Origin: a virus
Lineage: Duplodnaviria; Caudoviricetes
DNA length: 64,000 bases
Reading direction: 5' to 3' (one strand)
IMG/VR virus record: IMGVR_UViG_3300020450_000008
Made by a program: the position numbers and the translations under genes
The notes under the pieces: model-generated
Told to the model about the DNA's origin: nothing
The model's input: only the letters and a program-made list of their open reading frames with translations
The model's database searches: none
Shown: positions 9,313-20,003 of the stretch, piece after piece
How the letters are laid out: each line of letters begins with the position of its first letter
How positions within the stretch are numbered: the stretch's first letter is position 1

Positions 9313-12300
9313 ATGCCTATTACATTTACAGAAAACATTTTTAACTCGCGCTACAAAGATGATTATGCGGATAGTGACGGATTTCATAAAATACTATTCA
9401 ATCCAAGAAGAGCGTTGCAGGCAAGAGAACTTACGCAACTTCAAACAATAATACAAAAAGAGGTTGAAAGATTTGGTCGTAACCTTTTTAAAGATGGTGC
9501 CGCTGTAAATTCTGGTGGACTTATAATAAATGATAATTATGAGTTTGTAAAAATAACAGACGCTAATTTTCCAGCAAATATTATTGGTGAAACGTTTACT
9601 GGACAAACATCAAATGTTCAAATAAGAGTTTTAGAAACCGTTGCAAGTTCAGGTTCTGATCCTAACACATTATATGTTAGATATACCAATAGTTCTTCAG
9701 GAACATCTGGTACAACCCCGATAAGATTAACACCAGGTGAGCAAATTGATGCTGATAATTTAAGTGTGAATATGACAGTTCAAACTGTTAACACTGCAGC
9801 AAATCCGGCGGTAGGAGCTGGAGTTAGAGTAAGTACTGGATCTGGAGATTTTTTTGTACAAGGAATTTTTGTAAATGCTCCTGCTCAATCAATAATTATT
9901 TCAAAATATAGCAGAGATAAAAGCATAGTAATAGGATTTAAAGTTGTACAAGATATTGTAACTGTAGATGATGATGTATCATTGTTTGATAATCAAGGTT
10001 CGGTTCCAAATCAAACCTCACCCGGAGCTGATAGACACAGAATTAGATTAATACTTACAACTAAAGATGATATAACTGCAACCGATACATTTGTATCTAT
10101 TGGAAAGATAGAAAATTCAAAAATTATAGATGTTGCAATAGGACAAAATCAGTATGGAAAAATAAATGATATAATTGCTCAAAGAACAAAAGAAGAATCT
10201 GGTAATTATATTTTAAGACCATTTACTGTTTCTTATGATTCAGCATCCTCATCAAACCTTAAGTTAACAATAAGTGAAGGGACGGCTTATGTTAATGGTT
10301 ATAGAGTTAATAATCCAACACCTACATTCATTGACGTACCAAGATCAACAAGCACAACAACATTTAACAATGAACCTATATCTTCAGAATATGGTAACTT
10401 TGTAATTGCAACTGAAATAAAAGGTGCAGCTGATATTACACAATTTTCTACTCAAACAATTGCGACAGATGCAAGTAATTTATCTGGAACGGCAATTGGA
10501 TCATGTAGAATTAGATCTGTAGAAGCTTTAAGCGATGGAACATTTAAAATTTATCTGTTCGATATACAGATGACTGGTAATAATAAATTTAGAACAGCAA
10601 GAGTTATAGGAACTTCAGCCACTAACGTCTCAACATTAAAACTTGGATTAGTCAATAACACCCTTGTTGCTGAACTTTTTGAAGCTGATAAAGAAGGATT
10701 ATTCTTTTCACTTCCAAGAACAAGACCTTCAGGTATTGCCGATATATCTTTTGTTGCACAAAGAAAATTTTCTGGAACAACAGATGGCTCAGGAAACTTA
10801 GGTATCTCTGTTACAGCACCGGGTGAAACGTTTGTTAATACAAGTGATTGGTTAGTATATAGAAACGATACTGGTGCTAAAATTACGCCATCATCAATAA
10901 CTGGTAATGCTACTACATCCTCCACAATAGCTACAGGTGTTAATTCTACGGCGGTATCGGTTTTAGTTTATGTTCAAAAAGCTCAAGCCGCACCTAAGAC
11001 TAAAGCTTTAGCAAATCATACGAAGACTGGAGCTTTAGCCGCTGATAGTGATGGATTAGGAAATGGAATTACTGCTTTAACTCTTGATGCAACAGATATT
11101 GTAGGCATAACATCTATTAAAGCTGATAGCGCAGGCGGTATAGATGTTTCACACATGTTTGATCTAGACAATGGTCAGAGAGATGGTTACTATGGACAAG
11201 GAAGAGTAATACTCAAAAGCAATTTTACGAGTCCAGGAACTGTTGTTGCGACTGTACAGCATTTTACTCATACAACAACTGGTGATTTCTTTTCAGCAAA
11301 TTCTTACAGCACTATTCCATATAAAACAATTCCATCATTTACTTCAAAGACAGGTAAGACTTTTAATTTAAGAGATGTTTTAGATTTTAGATCAGTCAAA
11401 GATGTAAGTGGTGCATTTACTGGATCAGGCGCAAGAGTTATAGAACTTCCAAAGAATACAGATGTAATAACAGCTGATAATTCGTATTATATGCCAAGAA
11501 ATGATAAAATAGTAATATCTGAAACTGGTGATCTTAAAGTAATACAAGGTGCATCAGCAATAGTTCCAAAATTTCCAGATACTCCAGCAAACACTATGGA
11601 ACTTTACAGAGTTAAAATGGGAGCTAACACTTTAGATGCGACTGATGTTGCATATGATCAAGTTAGCAAACAAGGCTATACGATGAAGGATATTGGAAAG
11701 ATTGAAAAAAGAGTTGAAAAATTAGAAGAACTTCATAGCTTAAGTTTATTAGAAATAGATACAAATAAATTATCAATTGTTGATTCTGCTGGAAATGAAA
11801 GAATAAAAGCCGGATTTGTTGTAGATAATTTTATTGATCATTTTCATTCTGATATTTCCAATACAGAATATAGAGCTTCAGTAGATCCAAAAGATCACAC
11901 ATTACATCCTGGCTTTTTTGAAAACAATATTGGTTTAGTATTTGATTCAACTGACGTTGATACATCAGGCGTTACAAGAAAAGGTGATAATCTATATGTC
12001 TCTTTTACAGATTCATCATACATTTCTCAAGATCAAGCATCAATAACTTTAGATGTAAATTCATTTGATACATTTCAATTTAATGGTAATATAACACTTT
12101 CTCCATCTTCTGATGAATGGAAGGAAGAAGGTGTTGGCACTAAGGCAATATCAGGTGGTACAAAGCTTTCAAATGATCAAAATGAATTATGGAATAGTTG
12201 GGAATGGAATTGGATAGGAACCGATGCTAATGGACTTGATGTAACAGAAGATGGTACTTCAGAAATAGATACAAGATCATTTAGCGAAAGAACAGGAGCT

Positions 12301-14400
12301 TTCTTAACGAGAGGACTAGAAAATGTAGAAAAAACTATTATTAACAGAGTTGTTCCTTCAGAAACCATAAGAAAGTCTGTAGATGAAAGAATTGTTGATG
12401 TCGCAATAGTTCCATTTATGCGATCAAGGTTAATAAAATTTGATGCTATTGGACTAAGACCAAATACAAGAGTATTTCCATATTTTGATAATGTTGATGT
12501 TTCAGCATTTTGCAGAGAAGAAGCATTTACATTTCATGCACAAGATTCTGATGGTAGTGAATTTGGAAATACCCAAGAGTATGCAACAGCACATCCATCA
12601 GGAAGTACAAATCTTGTAACTGATGGTGAGGGAAGAGTATCTGGATCATTTTTTATACCAAACACTCCATCAATAAGTTTTAGATCTGGCGCAAGAGAAT
12701 TTAAACTTCTTGATATAACCACATCTGATGAAACAAATGCATCAACAAAAGCCGCAGCATTGTTCAATTCAAGTGGAGCAATAGAAAAAAATAGAACTGG
12801 AGTTGTTACGACTAGGCATATAGCTGTTAGTGGAACAGATAAAAATGTACTTTCTGATAAAGTGATTGGTTCTACTGATACTAGAGGACGTATTGATCCT
12901 TTAGCTCAATCATTTTTTGTTAACAATGAAACTGGAGTTTTTGTTTCATCAATAGAACTTTATTTTAAATCAAAAGATGCTGATCTTCCAGTATGGATTC
13001 AATTAGTCCCTGTAGTAAATGGTTCACCATCAAGAGAAGTTATAGTTCCAGGATCAACAAAATATCTTTCATCAACTGCTGTTAATATATCAGATGATGC
13101 CACAACATCAACCACTTTTGAATTCGATGAGCCTATCTTTCTTGATTCATTTACAGAATATGTTATCGTTGTTCAGTCAGATAGTAAGACTTATAAACTA
13201 TGGGCGGCTCAAACAGGAGATTTAAATTTAGGTTCTACTGTTAAAAGAATATGCAAGCAAACAGAGGTTGGTGCATTATTTTTACCACAAAATTCTTACA
13301 AATGGGAACCTGTTTATAATAAAGATTTAAAATTTAAAATTAATAGATGTAAGTTTAACACAGGCGGATCTAACATCGCTATTTTAAATAATGCTGATGT
13401 TCCTCTTAAGCTTTTAGGAAACAATCCAATATCAACTGGATTAGATTCAAACACGATAACTGTTCTTCATCCAGATCATGGTCATGAAGTCGGTGATGTT
13501 GTAACAATAGCTGGTGGAGGTACTATAGGAGGATTAGCAGCTGATGGTGATAAAACAATAACACAAATAGATGGAACTGGTTACACATACGCAGGTTCTG
13601 GAACTGCAAATGCCACAACTTCAGGAGGTGGACTTGATGTTACTGCAACTCAAAATCTAGAATATGATTTAATCAATCCATATATTGAGACTCTTACACC
13701 GCAAAATACATCTGTTTCTGCGCAGATAAAACAAACAACTGCTAAATCATATGCAGGATCTGAAACTGCGTATGTAAAAGATACAAGTTATTTAGACGTA
13801 GTTATCAAACAAAGTAATTATTTAGAGGCACCAAAAAAAGTTACTCATAGAGTAAAAGGAGCTAAATCAGCTCAAGTAAAACTATCATTATCAACCTCAA
13901 ATAATTTTGTATCGCCAATTGTGGACTTACAAAGATCTTCTTTAATATTAATAGGTAATAGAATTGATAAACAAAGTCAATATGCCGCAGGAGCTGGTTT
14001 TAATATACCAATTGATTACGTCGATGAAACAGATAAAAATTCAGGTAGTCATCTATCTAAACACATTACTAAACCAATATCATTACTTACAGATGCTGTA
14101 GGATTGAAAGTATTATTAAGTGCAAATAGACCTTCCGTTGCTGATTTTGATTTATATTACAAGACAATATCAGAGGATCAAATACTTTCAACAATAAAAT
14201 GGAACTTAGCCACAAAAGAAGCTCTAGTACCAAGTGATGAAAATAGATCAGTATTTAGAGAGTATAGATATTTAATAGGAGGCGATGGTGGAACGTTAGT
14301 ACCATTTACAACTTTCCAATTAAAAATTGTATTTAAGTCAACTAATTCAAGTAAAGTTCCTATAATAAAAGACTTAAGAGCAATTGCGTTAGGAGTATAA
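9313..14400 (+). CDS. Large virion structural protein, VrlC/DUF4815-like
   Basis: DDY...FHKILF.P...LQARELTQLQ N-term; APGADR.RI-type, RTKEESGNY, GFVVDNF and DPLAQSF motifs; C-term VP.IKDLRAIAL, typical of this family in marine T4-like phages. Confidence 0.85.
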   Translation: MPITFTENIFNSRYKDDYADSDGFHKILFNPRRALQARELTQLQTIIQKEVERFGRNLFKDGAAVNSGGLIINDNYEFVKITDANFPANIIGETFTGQTSNVQIRVLETVASSGSDPNTLYVRYTNSSSGTSGTTPIRLTPGEQIDADNLSVNMTVQTVNTAANPAVGAGVRVSTGSGDFFVQGIFVNAPAQSIIISKYSRDKSIVIGFKVVQDIVTVDDDVSLFDNQGSVPNQTSPGADRHRIRLILTTKDDITATDTFVSIGKIENSKIIDVAIGQNQYGKINDIIAQRTKEESGNYILRPFTVSYDSASSSNLKLTISEGTAYVNGYRVNNPTPTFIDVPRSTSTTTFNNEPISSEYGNFVIATEIKGAADITQFSTQTIATDASNLSGTAIGSCRIRSVEALSDGTFKIYLFDIQMTGNNKFRTARVIGTSATNVSTLKLGLVNNTLVAELFEADKEGLFFSLPRTRPSGIADISFVAQRKFSGTTDGSGNLGISVTAPGETFVNTSDWLVYRNDTGAKITPSSITGNATTSSTIATGVNSTAVSVLVYVQKAQAAPKTKALANHTKTGALAADSDGLGNGITALTLDATDIVGITSIKADSAGGIDVSHMFDLDNGQRDGYYGQGRVILKSNFTSPGTVVATVQHFTHTTTGDFFSANSYSTIPYKTIPSFTSKTGKTFNLRDVLDFRSVKDVSGAFTGSGARVIELPKNTDVITADNSYYMPRNDKIVISETGDLKVIQGASAIVPKFPDTPANTMELYRVKMGANTLDATDVAYDQVSKQGYTMKDIGKIEKRVEKLEELHSLSLLEIDTNKLSIVDSAGNERIKAGFVVDNFIDHFHSDISNTEYRASVDPKDHTLHPGFFENNIGLVFDSTDVDTSGVTRKGDNLYVSFTDSSYISQDQASITLDVNSFDTFQFNGNITLSPSSDEWKEEGVGTKAISGGTKLSNDQNELWNSWEWNWIGTDANGLDVTEDGTSEIDTRSFSERTGAFLTRGLENVEKTIINRVVPSETIRKSVDERIVDVAIVPFMRSRLIKFDAIGLRPNTRVFPYFDNVDVSAFCREEAFTFHAQDSDGSEFGNTQEYATAHPSGSTNLVTDGEGRVSGSFFIPNTPSISFRSGAREFKLLDITTSDETNASTKAAALFNSSGAIEKNRTGVVTTRHIAVSGTDKNVLSDKVIGSTDTRGRIDPLAQSFFVNNETGVFVSSIELYFKSKDADLPVWIQLVPVVNGSPSREVIVPGSTKYLSSTAVNISDDATTSTTFEFDEPIFLDSFTEYVIVVQSDSKTYKLWAAQTGDLNLGSTVKRICKQTEVGALFLPQNSYKWEPVYNKDLKFKINRCKFNTGGSNIAILNNADVPLKLLGNNPISTGLDSNTITVLHPDHGHEVGDVVTIAGGGTIGGLAADGDKTITQIDGTGYTYAGSGTANATTSGGGLDVTATQNLEYDLINPYIETLTPQNTSVSAQIKQTTAKSYAGSETAYVKDTSYLDVVIKQSNYLEAPKKVTHRVKGAKSAQVKLSLSTSNNFVSPIVDLQRSSLILIGNRIDKQSQYAAGAGFNIPIDYVDETDKNSGSHLSKHITKPISLLTDAVGLKVLLSANRPSVADFDLYYKTISEDQILSTIKWNLATKEALVPSDENRSVFREYRYLIGGDGGTLVPFTTFQLKIVFKSTNSSKVPIIKDLRAIALGV

Positions 14401-14401
14401 A

Positions 14402-14617
14402 ATGAAACTAGTTAAAGTTGATAACAATTCAAATTTAGTAAAAGACGAAGAAACTGGTGCAGTTTTAAATAATAATGTTGAAGACGTAGAAAAGGCAAAA
14501 GAAATAAAAGAAAAAAGAATTGAAAAAGAAGAAGAACTTGTTCAATTAAAAAATGATGTAAGCGAGTTAAAAGATATGATGAAACAACTATTAGAAAAGA
14601 TGAATAACGATGGCTAG
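14402..14617 (+). CDS. Small conserved virion-cluster protein with coiled coil
   Basis: LVKV....NLVKDEETGAVLN followed by a coiled coil; GGAG SD-like upstream; coupled to the next ORF. Confidence 0.7.
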   Translation: MKLVKVDNNSNLVKDEETGAVLNNNVEDVEKAKEIKEKRIEKEEELVQLKNDVSELKDMMKQLLEKMNNDG

Positions 14618-15095
14618 AAAAACTTTTGTAGATTTAAGCGACACACTAAACGCTTTTAGAGTTAAGGCAAACCTAATCTCGTTCAATGTTGGAGATTTGG
14701 ATAGTCTTGCGGCATCACTACCTGATTCAGATTTAGTTCAAGCTATTAATCATTTAAACGGAGCTATTAGTGGAAATGACTCAGATATTGCGGCTCTACA
14801 AACATTTATTGGATTTGGTGGTGGAGGAGGAACAAGCCTTCTTCAACAAATATTAAATAATGATTCTGATATTGCTTCTTTACAAGTTGCAGATTCAGAT
14901 CTTTTAAATTTACAATCACAGATAACTAGCAATGATTCTGATATTGTTAATTTACAATCACAGATAACTGGTAATGATTCTGATATTGCTGCGATTAATA
15001 ATACTGGTTTAATAAGAACAGCAAGCTTAGCTATATTGAGATCTGATGGAAATGTAGTTAAAAGGATTTTTGGTTATACTGATTCAGGAGTATAA
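14610..15095 (+). CDS. Short fibre/coiled-coil protein with NDSDI repeats
   Basis: Four NDSDI(A/V) repeats in heptad register; 8 DS in 161 aa. Confidence 0.7.
   Translation: MARKTFVDLSDTLNAFRVKANLISFNVGDLDSLAASLPDSDLVQAINHLNGAISGNDSDIAALQTFIGFGGGGGTSLLQQILNNDSDIASLQVADSDLLNLQSQITSNDSDIVNLQSQITGNDSDIAAINNTGLIRTASLAILRSDGNVVKRIFGYTDSGV
14907..14990 (+). repeat. 42-bp tandem duplication (two heptads)
   Basis: aatttacaatcacagataact(agc/ggt)aatgattctgatattg(tt/ct) occurs twice in tandem. Confidence 0.9.
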
Positions 15096-15097
15096 CA

Positions 15098-16114
15098 ATG
15101 GCTTTTCGAAGACCTCTTAAAATTGAGAATGACAATCTTAAAGAAATGTCAGACGATGATATTCATAAATTACGTTTAAGAGCAATTGTTAATCATGGAA
15201 GAAAAAATTCAGTAAAAGTAAGTTACGTTTCAAATGGTGGTAACCTTGGAATTCTTCGTGATACAAGAAGAGTATCTACTAATGTTGTAGATCTTCAGAC
15301 AGCAGATTCTAATACTGCATCATCAACTACTCTTATCGAAACAAATTTCAGACACATGGATCTTCAGTATGATTCTCATTTCATGATGAGAATGGCTGAT
15401 AGTAATCTTATGAAATATCCTGTATTTTTTGACAGCGCGCTTGATGGTCAGCCTGAAGGCATAAGAGCAATGACCGAAACTGATTTTTATGATACCATAA
15501 TAAAGCCTGCAATAGATATAATTACAACTGGTAACATAAGTGACTCAACACAAGGGATCTACTATTTAAAAACGACAAACACTCCTACTTCAACTTTGAT
15601 AAATTCAAGTCCTATATTTACCGATACTACAGCAGATGTAACAAAATTCAATACCAAAGACAGTGCGGGTGAGTTTGTAGAACCATTAGACCAGCCAAGA
15701 ATTGAGCAAAATTATTACTTACATAAAGTTCAGTCAGACTCTGCTATATCACCTGGTGATAGACTTGCAAGACCTCTTCTTATTGGTGATATAAGTAATC
15801 ATGGTACAATTCAAGAAATGGATAGTAATTCTATTGATGATATGTTATGGCGAGGAATAAGATATGTTTCTCGAGATGTGAATGGTCATAAAATACGATA
15901 TCATATTGATTCAAGTTATTCTTCAGCGCCTGGAGGTAATAGAGTAGGAACTCTTGCTGTTGATAAATTTTATGACGCAGAAAAATTTATACAAAGACCA
16001 GTTGATTCAGCTGGCAATTCATATGGTGGATATGTTCCTTTTAGTGATACTGCAGATTCGACAAACTCACTTAGAATAAAAAGGGATTACGCTCTTAAAA
16101 TAACAAAAGAATAA
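15098..16114 (+). CDS. Hypothetical virion protein, DS-rich
   Basis: Long ORF with phage-like codon usage in the structural operon; 11 DS in 338 aa. Confidence 0.7.
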   Translation: MAFRRPLKIENDNLKEMSDDDIHKLRLRAIVNHGRKNSVKVSYVSNGGNLGILRDTRRVSTNVVDLQTADSNTASSTTLIETNFRHMDLQYDSHFMMRMADSNLMKYPVFFDSALDGQPEGIRAMTETDFYDTIIKPAIDIITTGNISDSTQGIYYLKTTNTPTSTLINSSPIFTDTTADVTKFNTKDSAGEFVEPLDQPRIEQNYYLHKVQSDSAISPGDRLARPLLIGDISNHGTIQEMDSNSIDDMLWRGIRYVSRDVNGHKIRYHIDSSYSSAPGGNRVGTLAVDKFYDAEKFIQRPVDSAGNSYGGYVPFSDTADSTNSLRIKRDYALKITKE

Positions 16115-16129
16115 AATGGGATTTATATT

Positions 16130-16555
16130 ATGGCATTATTCTCAAAAGGTTTCGTAACCGCAAACTTTGTTGACCCCTCAAAATCAGTAATACAAGTAAT
16201 TTATAAAGAAGGCGATGAATTCGTTAATCACTATGTAGATAACGCATGGGGTCATCCGGAGTTTGAAGCTTTACTAAAATTAATTGACCTTGAAGAAATA
16301 GAAAAGAAATGGGACGAAGGTATGAGATCTCAAGAAGAAACTCAAACCAAAGAAAAAAGCCCACTTGAGACATCAGAAGGTGTAATCAATTTTATAACAG
16401 AAAATAATACTAATATAAAATATGTTTTTCCTTTTAAAGTTCAAGCATTAAAAATAGCAACGACAAAAGAAGATAAAAAGAATATTCAAAGTGCAAAAAC
16501 AATATTTGAAGTTATCTCAATATTAGCAGATCATGAAAGGTCTGTAAATGGCTAA
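16130..16555 (+). CDS. Hypothetical protein at the head of the glycosyltransferase cassette
   Basis: 141-aa ORF overlapping the next start by 8 nt; no function recognised. Confidence 0.65.
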   Translation: MALFSKGFVTANFVDPSKSVIQVIYKEGDEFVNHYVDNAWGHPEFEALLKLIDLEEIEKKWDEGMRSQEETQTKEKSPLETSEGVINFITENNTNIKYVFPFKVQALKIATTKEDKKNIQSAKTIFEVISILADHERSVNG

Positions 16556-17306
16556 CTATATTGTTTACCTTCAATGGGGTGAAAGATACACACAACAACA
16601 CATTGATAGATTATTTGATCAAGTAAATAAAAATTGCTCAGTTCCTTTTGAATTTATGACAATGAGACAATGTCATGTCGGTGATGATTTTAATCATTTA
16701 CAATACATACAAAATCAAACTTATAGAGGTGATGGTGATCCAGAGTCTTCTATAACAGAGGAAACACAATCTATACTAAGAGAAGATGCTGGTGGGATGT
16801 GTCATTTTAGAAAATTTTTAATGTTTAGATATGATTGGGATTATTTTGAAGATGATGATACTATTTTATACTTGGATTTAGATTCAATAATACTAAAAGA
16901 TCTAGCATATTTTTTCGAACTCAAAAATGATAAACCTTGGATAGCTCGAAGTTATGATATGGATGAGAATGGTATGTGGCAAAGATTATACAGATACAGA
17001 AGCTGTCCATATTATAATAGTTCTGTTCTGGTTTGGAAGCCAGGACAAAATAGAAAGATTATTAATGAATTTAAAAGATCAGATATTGTATACAAAAATT
17101 TTTATCAGTATGGAATGATAGATAATTGGCTACATCATAGATTTGGACCTTGGGCCTACAATGATAAAAACCGTAATTGGTTTAATACATATCCTCCTGA
17201 TATTGTTAATACTAATGACAATAAAGTACTTACAGATGACACTATAATTAGATCCCTTGCGGGTATGACACAAAAAGAAAAGGATGAAATATTATGCTTG
17301 TCATAA
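16548..17306 (+). CDS. Glycosyltransferase, GT-A fold (GT8-like), paralog 1
   Basis: N-term VYLQWGERY; ILYLDLD (DxD motif); YNSSVLVWKP; D.W acceptor-site-like segment. Confidence 0.75.
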   Translation: MANYIVYLQWGERYTQQHIDRLFDQVNKNCSVPFEFMTMRQCHVGDDFNHLQYIQNQTYRGDGDPESSITEETQSILREDAGGMCHFRKFLMFRYDWDYFEDDDTILYLDLDSIILKDLAYFFELKNDKPWIARSYDMDENGMWQRLYRYRSCPYYNSSVLVWKPGQNRKIINEFKRSDIVYKNFYQYGMIDNWLHHRFGPWAYNDKNRNWFNTYPPDIVNTNDNKVLTDDTIIRSLAGMTQKEKDEILCLS

Positions 17307-17920
17307 AAGAAGAAGATGCTGGTTTATTTGAATCATTAAAAAACGCTTTTTTTAGATTAGACGGTAAGTATCAATTTTTAAGAGAAGAATTTTTAAAAAG
17401 TTTATCGCCAAGAATCATGCAAAGAACTATCTGGTGTTATGATGAGCTAGAAAAGTTGCGTATGGAATTTAAGAAGATTGGCGTATTGAACAGTGGTTAT
17501 CAGCATTTCCAAGGGATGTTTTGGAAACAACTTAAAGCCGAACATGTTTTTCTTTATAACCTGGATGAAAATGTAAAACATATTAATTGGGCTACTTTAG
17601 ATTATTTAAAAAAAGATAATATTCAATTAAACCAAAGAACTTTAGACATAACTATTGATAAACAATTCATAGATAATCCAGATTTGCTAGTAAACCTATC
17701 TTGTGAAAATACTTTTGACATGGCTGGATCTTGGGAAAAAGATTCATTCAATTCGCAGCCTATATATGCATTCAGTGGTACAAGACTTTATGAAAGAGGT
17801 CACATTAATTTTTGTGATAATTTAAAAGAATTTAAAAACACTCTTCCAAAATTTGATGAGATACTATATGAAGCTGAAAGAGAAGACTGTTTTTTTGTTA
17901 TAGGAAAATTTAATGAATAG
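17294..17920 (+). CDS. Class I SAM-methyltransferase-fold protein, paralog 1
   Basis: IGVLNSG motif-I-like strand, acidic residue after beta2 (YNLDE), LLVNLSCEN, GHIN....L.EFK; paralogous to 18562-19140. Confidence 0.5.
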   Translation: MLVIKEEDAGLFESLKNAFFRLDGKYQFLREEFLKSLSPRIMQRTIWCYDELEKLRMEFKKIGVLNSGYQHFQGMFWKQLKAEHVFLYNLDENVKHINWATLDYLKKDNIQLNQRTLDITIDKQFIDNPDLLVNLSCENTFDMAGSWEKDSFNSQPIYAFSGTRLYERGHINFCDNLKEFKNTLPKFDEILYEAEREDCFFVIGKFNE

Positions 17921-18572
17921 AATAATTTGTGCTAAGTGGGGTGATTATCAAGATAATACTATAACACAGTTATTTAATAATGTAAAGGAAAAAAGTTCAG
18001 TTCCTTTTACTTTTGAGTGTTTTACTGAATTTAGCGATGAATTTGATAAGTACCAGTATCAAAGAGATCACTGTCATCATTGGGATCAAGGTGGTCTTCC
18101 ACATGCTAATAAACTTCAGCTATTTAAATTAGATGAAAAGTTTGATAAAGAAGACAAAATACTTTATCTTGATCTTGACGTAACGATTACTGATGATATA
18201 GGTTACTTTTTTGAATTACCAAATGATAAGCCTTATATAATTTACAATCACTGGTGGTATGAACAGAATGATGATTGGAAAAGACAGTATAATATTGCGC
18301 ATTGTCCTTTATATAATAGTTCTGTAATGCTTTGGAAACCAGGACAAAATAAACCCATATATAGCTTTGTAAAAGAAAATACTGATAAAATATTTTTTAC
18401 GTATAGAGGAATAGATACCTTTATGTTTCATACATTTGGTCCATACTGTACAAAACCCAGAGCCAATCACTTTAATTATTTTAATGACGGCATAATTACA
18501 TCAGAAAGACTTCATGGTGAGGCAACGGGGATCGTTCATTCTTACGAAGGAATAGAAAAGAATGGAATATAA
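17913..18572 (+). CDS. Glycosyltransferase, GT-A fold (GT8-like), paralog 2
   Basis: ICAKWG; ILYLDLDV; CPLYNSSVMLWKPGQN nearly identical to paralog 1; GIDTF. Confidence 0.78.
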   Translation: MNRIICAKWGDYQDNTITQLFNNVKEKSSVPFTFECFTEFSDEFDKYQYQRDHCHHWDQGGLPHANKLQLFKLDEKFDKEDKILYLDLDVTITDDIGYFFELPNDKPYIIYNHWWYEQNDDWKRQYNIAHCPLYNSSVMLWKPGQNKPIYSFVKENTDKIFFTYRGIDTFMFHTFGPYCTKPRANHFNYFNDGIITSERLHGEATGIVHSYEGIEKNGI

Positions 18573-19140
18573 ATTTGCTGAAAGACTAGAAAGAGTTTTA
18601 AATAAAACTATTTGGTCATACCCTTTTGCCATTGAGCATGTACGTGATCAATTAGGAACTACAGAATTTAAGATTCAAAGATGGTGGGCTGATAAAATTG
18701 ACCTTAACGAAAAACGTGTCAATATATTAAACTCTGGCATTGGTTTTTATTCAGTTCCTTTTGCAGAAGAAAAAGGAGCAATTGAAATAAACACATACGA
18801 TATGGATCCTATGACTAGAGAAATAATTACTGGTAGTAATCATAATATTTGTAACACGATATTTGATATAGATGATATTAGTGAAGCAGAAGTTTGGATC
18901 AATACGAGTTGCGAACATACCTATCCTATGTATGATATAATTCCAAAAGGAACAACATGTGTAATGAGTTCTAATAATTTAAGAAAAAGAGGACATATTA
19001 ATCCCGCTTCTAGCCTTGATGAATTTAAAGAACAATTATATATTTCTGAATTGATAGAAATGGACATTTTAACTTTTGATTTTGAAGATGATGAAGGCAA
19101 AAGAAGTTATGACCAATACTTAGTGATAGGAGTAAAGTGA
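18562..19140 (+). CDS. Class I SAM-methyltransferase-fold protein, paralog 2
   Basis: VNILNSGIG motif I, YDMDP motif II, WINTSCEH, SSNN...GHIN..SLDEFKEQ, closing YDQYLVIGVK strand. Confidence 0.6.
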   Translation: MEYKFAERLERVLNKTIWSYPFAIEHVRDQLGTTEFKIQRWWADKIDLNEKRVNILNSGIGFYSVPFAEEKGAIEINTYDMDPMTREIITGSNHNICNTIFDIDDISEAEVWINTSCEHTYPMYDIIPKGTTCVMSSNNLRKRGHINPASSLDEFKEQLYISELIEMDILTFDFEDDEGKRSYDQYLVIGVK

Positions 19141-20003
19141 AAGAAGTAAATGGGCATGAACTTATTCCATGGGGTAAACCATGGTTTATTGAATCCTTAC
19201 TTGATTATAGAGGCAATATAACTTTTTTTGATCAAGAAAAAATACCTACTAAAAAAGAAATCATTGATATATTAACTGTGGTTCACGAAAGAATGCCTCA
19301 CAATAATATGAAATGGCATTACAAATTAAAAGTTTTAGGACCTGATGATGAGGAAATAAAAAGAAAACTTACAATAGGTTCGGTATGTCTTGAAAATGGA
19401 AGAGGTGCTGTAAAAAAATTTGATACACCAGAAAAATGGAAACCAATAGAAGAAGCTTATGATAAATGGAGAGCATACCAATTAGATGAAACAAGATGGA
19501 AGCAAAATAAGCACCATGTATGTGAAGATGGAACAATCATACCTTTTCCACACCAAGGATCCGATAATCCAGATATTAAAGGATTTAACGAGCAACTAAG
19601 AGCACCATGGGTAATATTATATCAAAAGGGAAAAAATAATTTATATCCAAGTATAAAGAAAAAAACACTTAAGTTATATGAACGGGGTGGTTGGGATAGT
19701 AAAGTAAAATCAGGAGAAATAGATATGAACATGGCGGCTATACAAATGGGACAGCACAGTACATTGACCTCATTGTTAGCATTAGAAGCTGGATTTGATG
19801 TATCTTATTGTAAATGTTTATTTCAGCCAGGACTAAAACAACTACAAATAGATGAAACAGATTTTGCACTTTCAATAGGTTATCCTACTTTACCTAGAAG
19901 ATCTCACTCACTGAGCTCTATACTACCTCCTTGTGAGGGTTATAAATATTCCGGAAGGCTTGGTAGATACCGACCAAAAATAAATGAAATAATTGAATGG
20001 TAA
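19137..20003 (+). CDS. Nitroreductase-fold (FMN oxidoreductase-like) protein
   Basis: LLDYR.NITFF..EKIP.KKEI..IL; P..N..W.Y...VLGP; RAPWVI; LLALEAGFDVSYCKC; SIGYP; GTG start overlapping the previous stop. Confidence 0.6.
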   Translation: MKEVNGHELIPWGKPWFIESLLDYRGNITFFDQEKIPTKKEIIDILTVVHERMPHNNMKWHYKLKVLGPDDEEIKRKLTIGSVCLENGRGAVKKFDTPEKWKPIEEAYDKWRAYQLDETRWKQNKHHVCEDGTIIPFPHQGSDNPDIKGFNEQLRAPWVILYQKGKNNLYPSIKKKTLKLYERGGWDSKVKSGEIDMNMAAIQMGQHSTLTSLLALEAGFDVSYCKCLFQPGLKQLQIDETDFALSIGYPTLPRRSHSLSSILPPCEGYKYSGRLGRYRPKINEIIEW

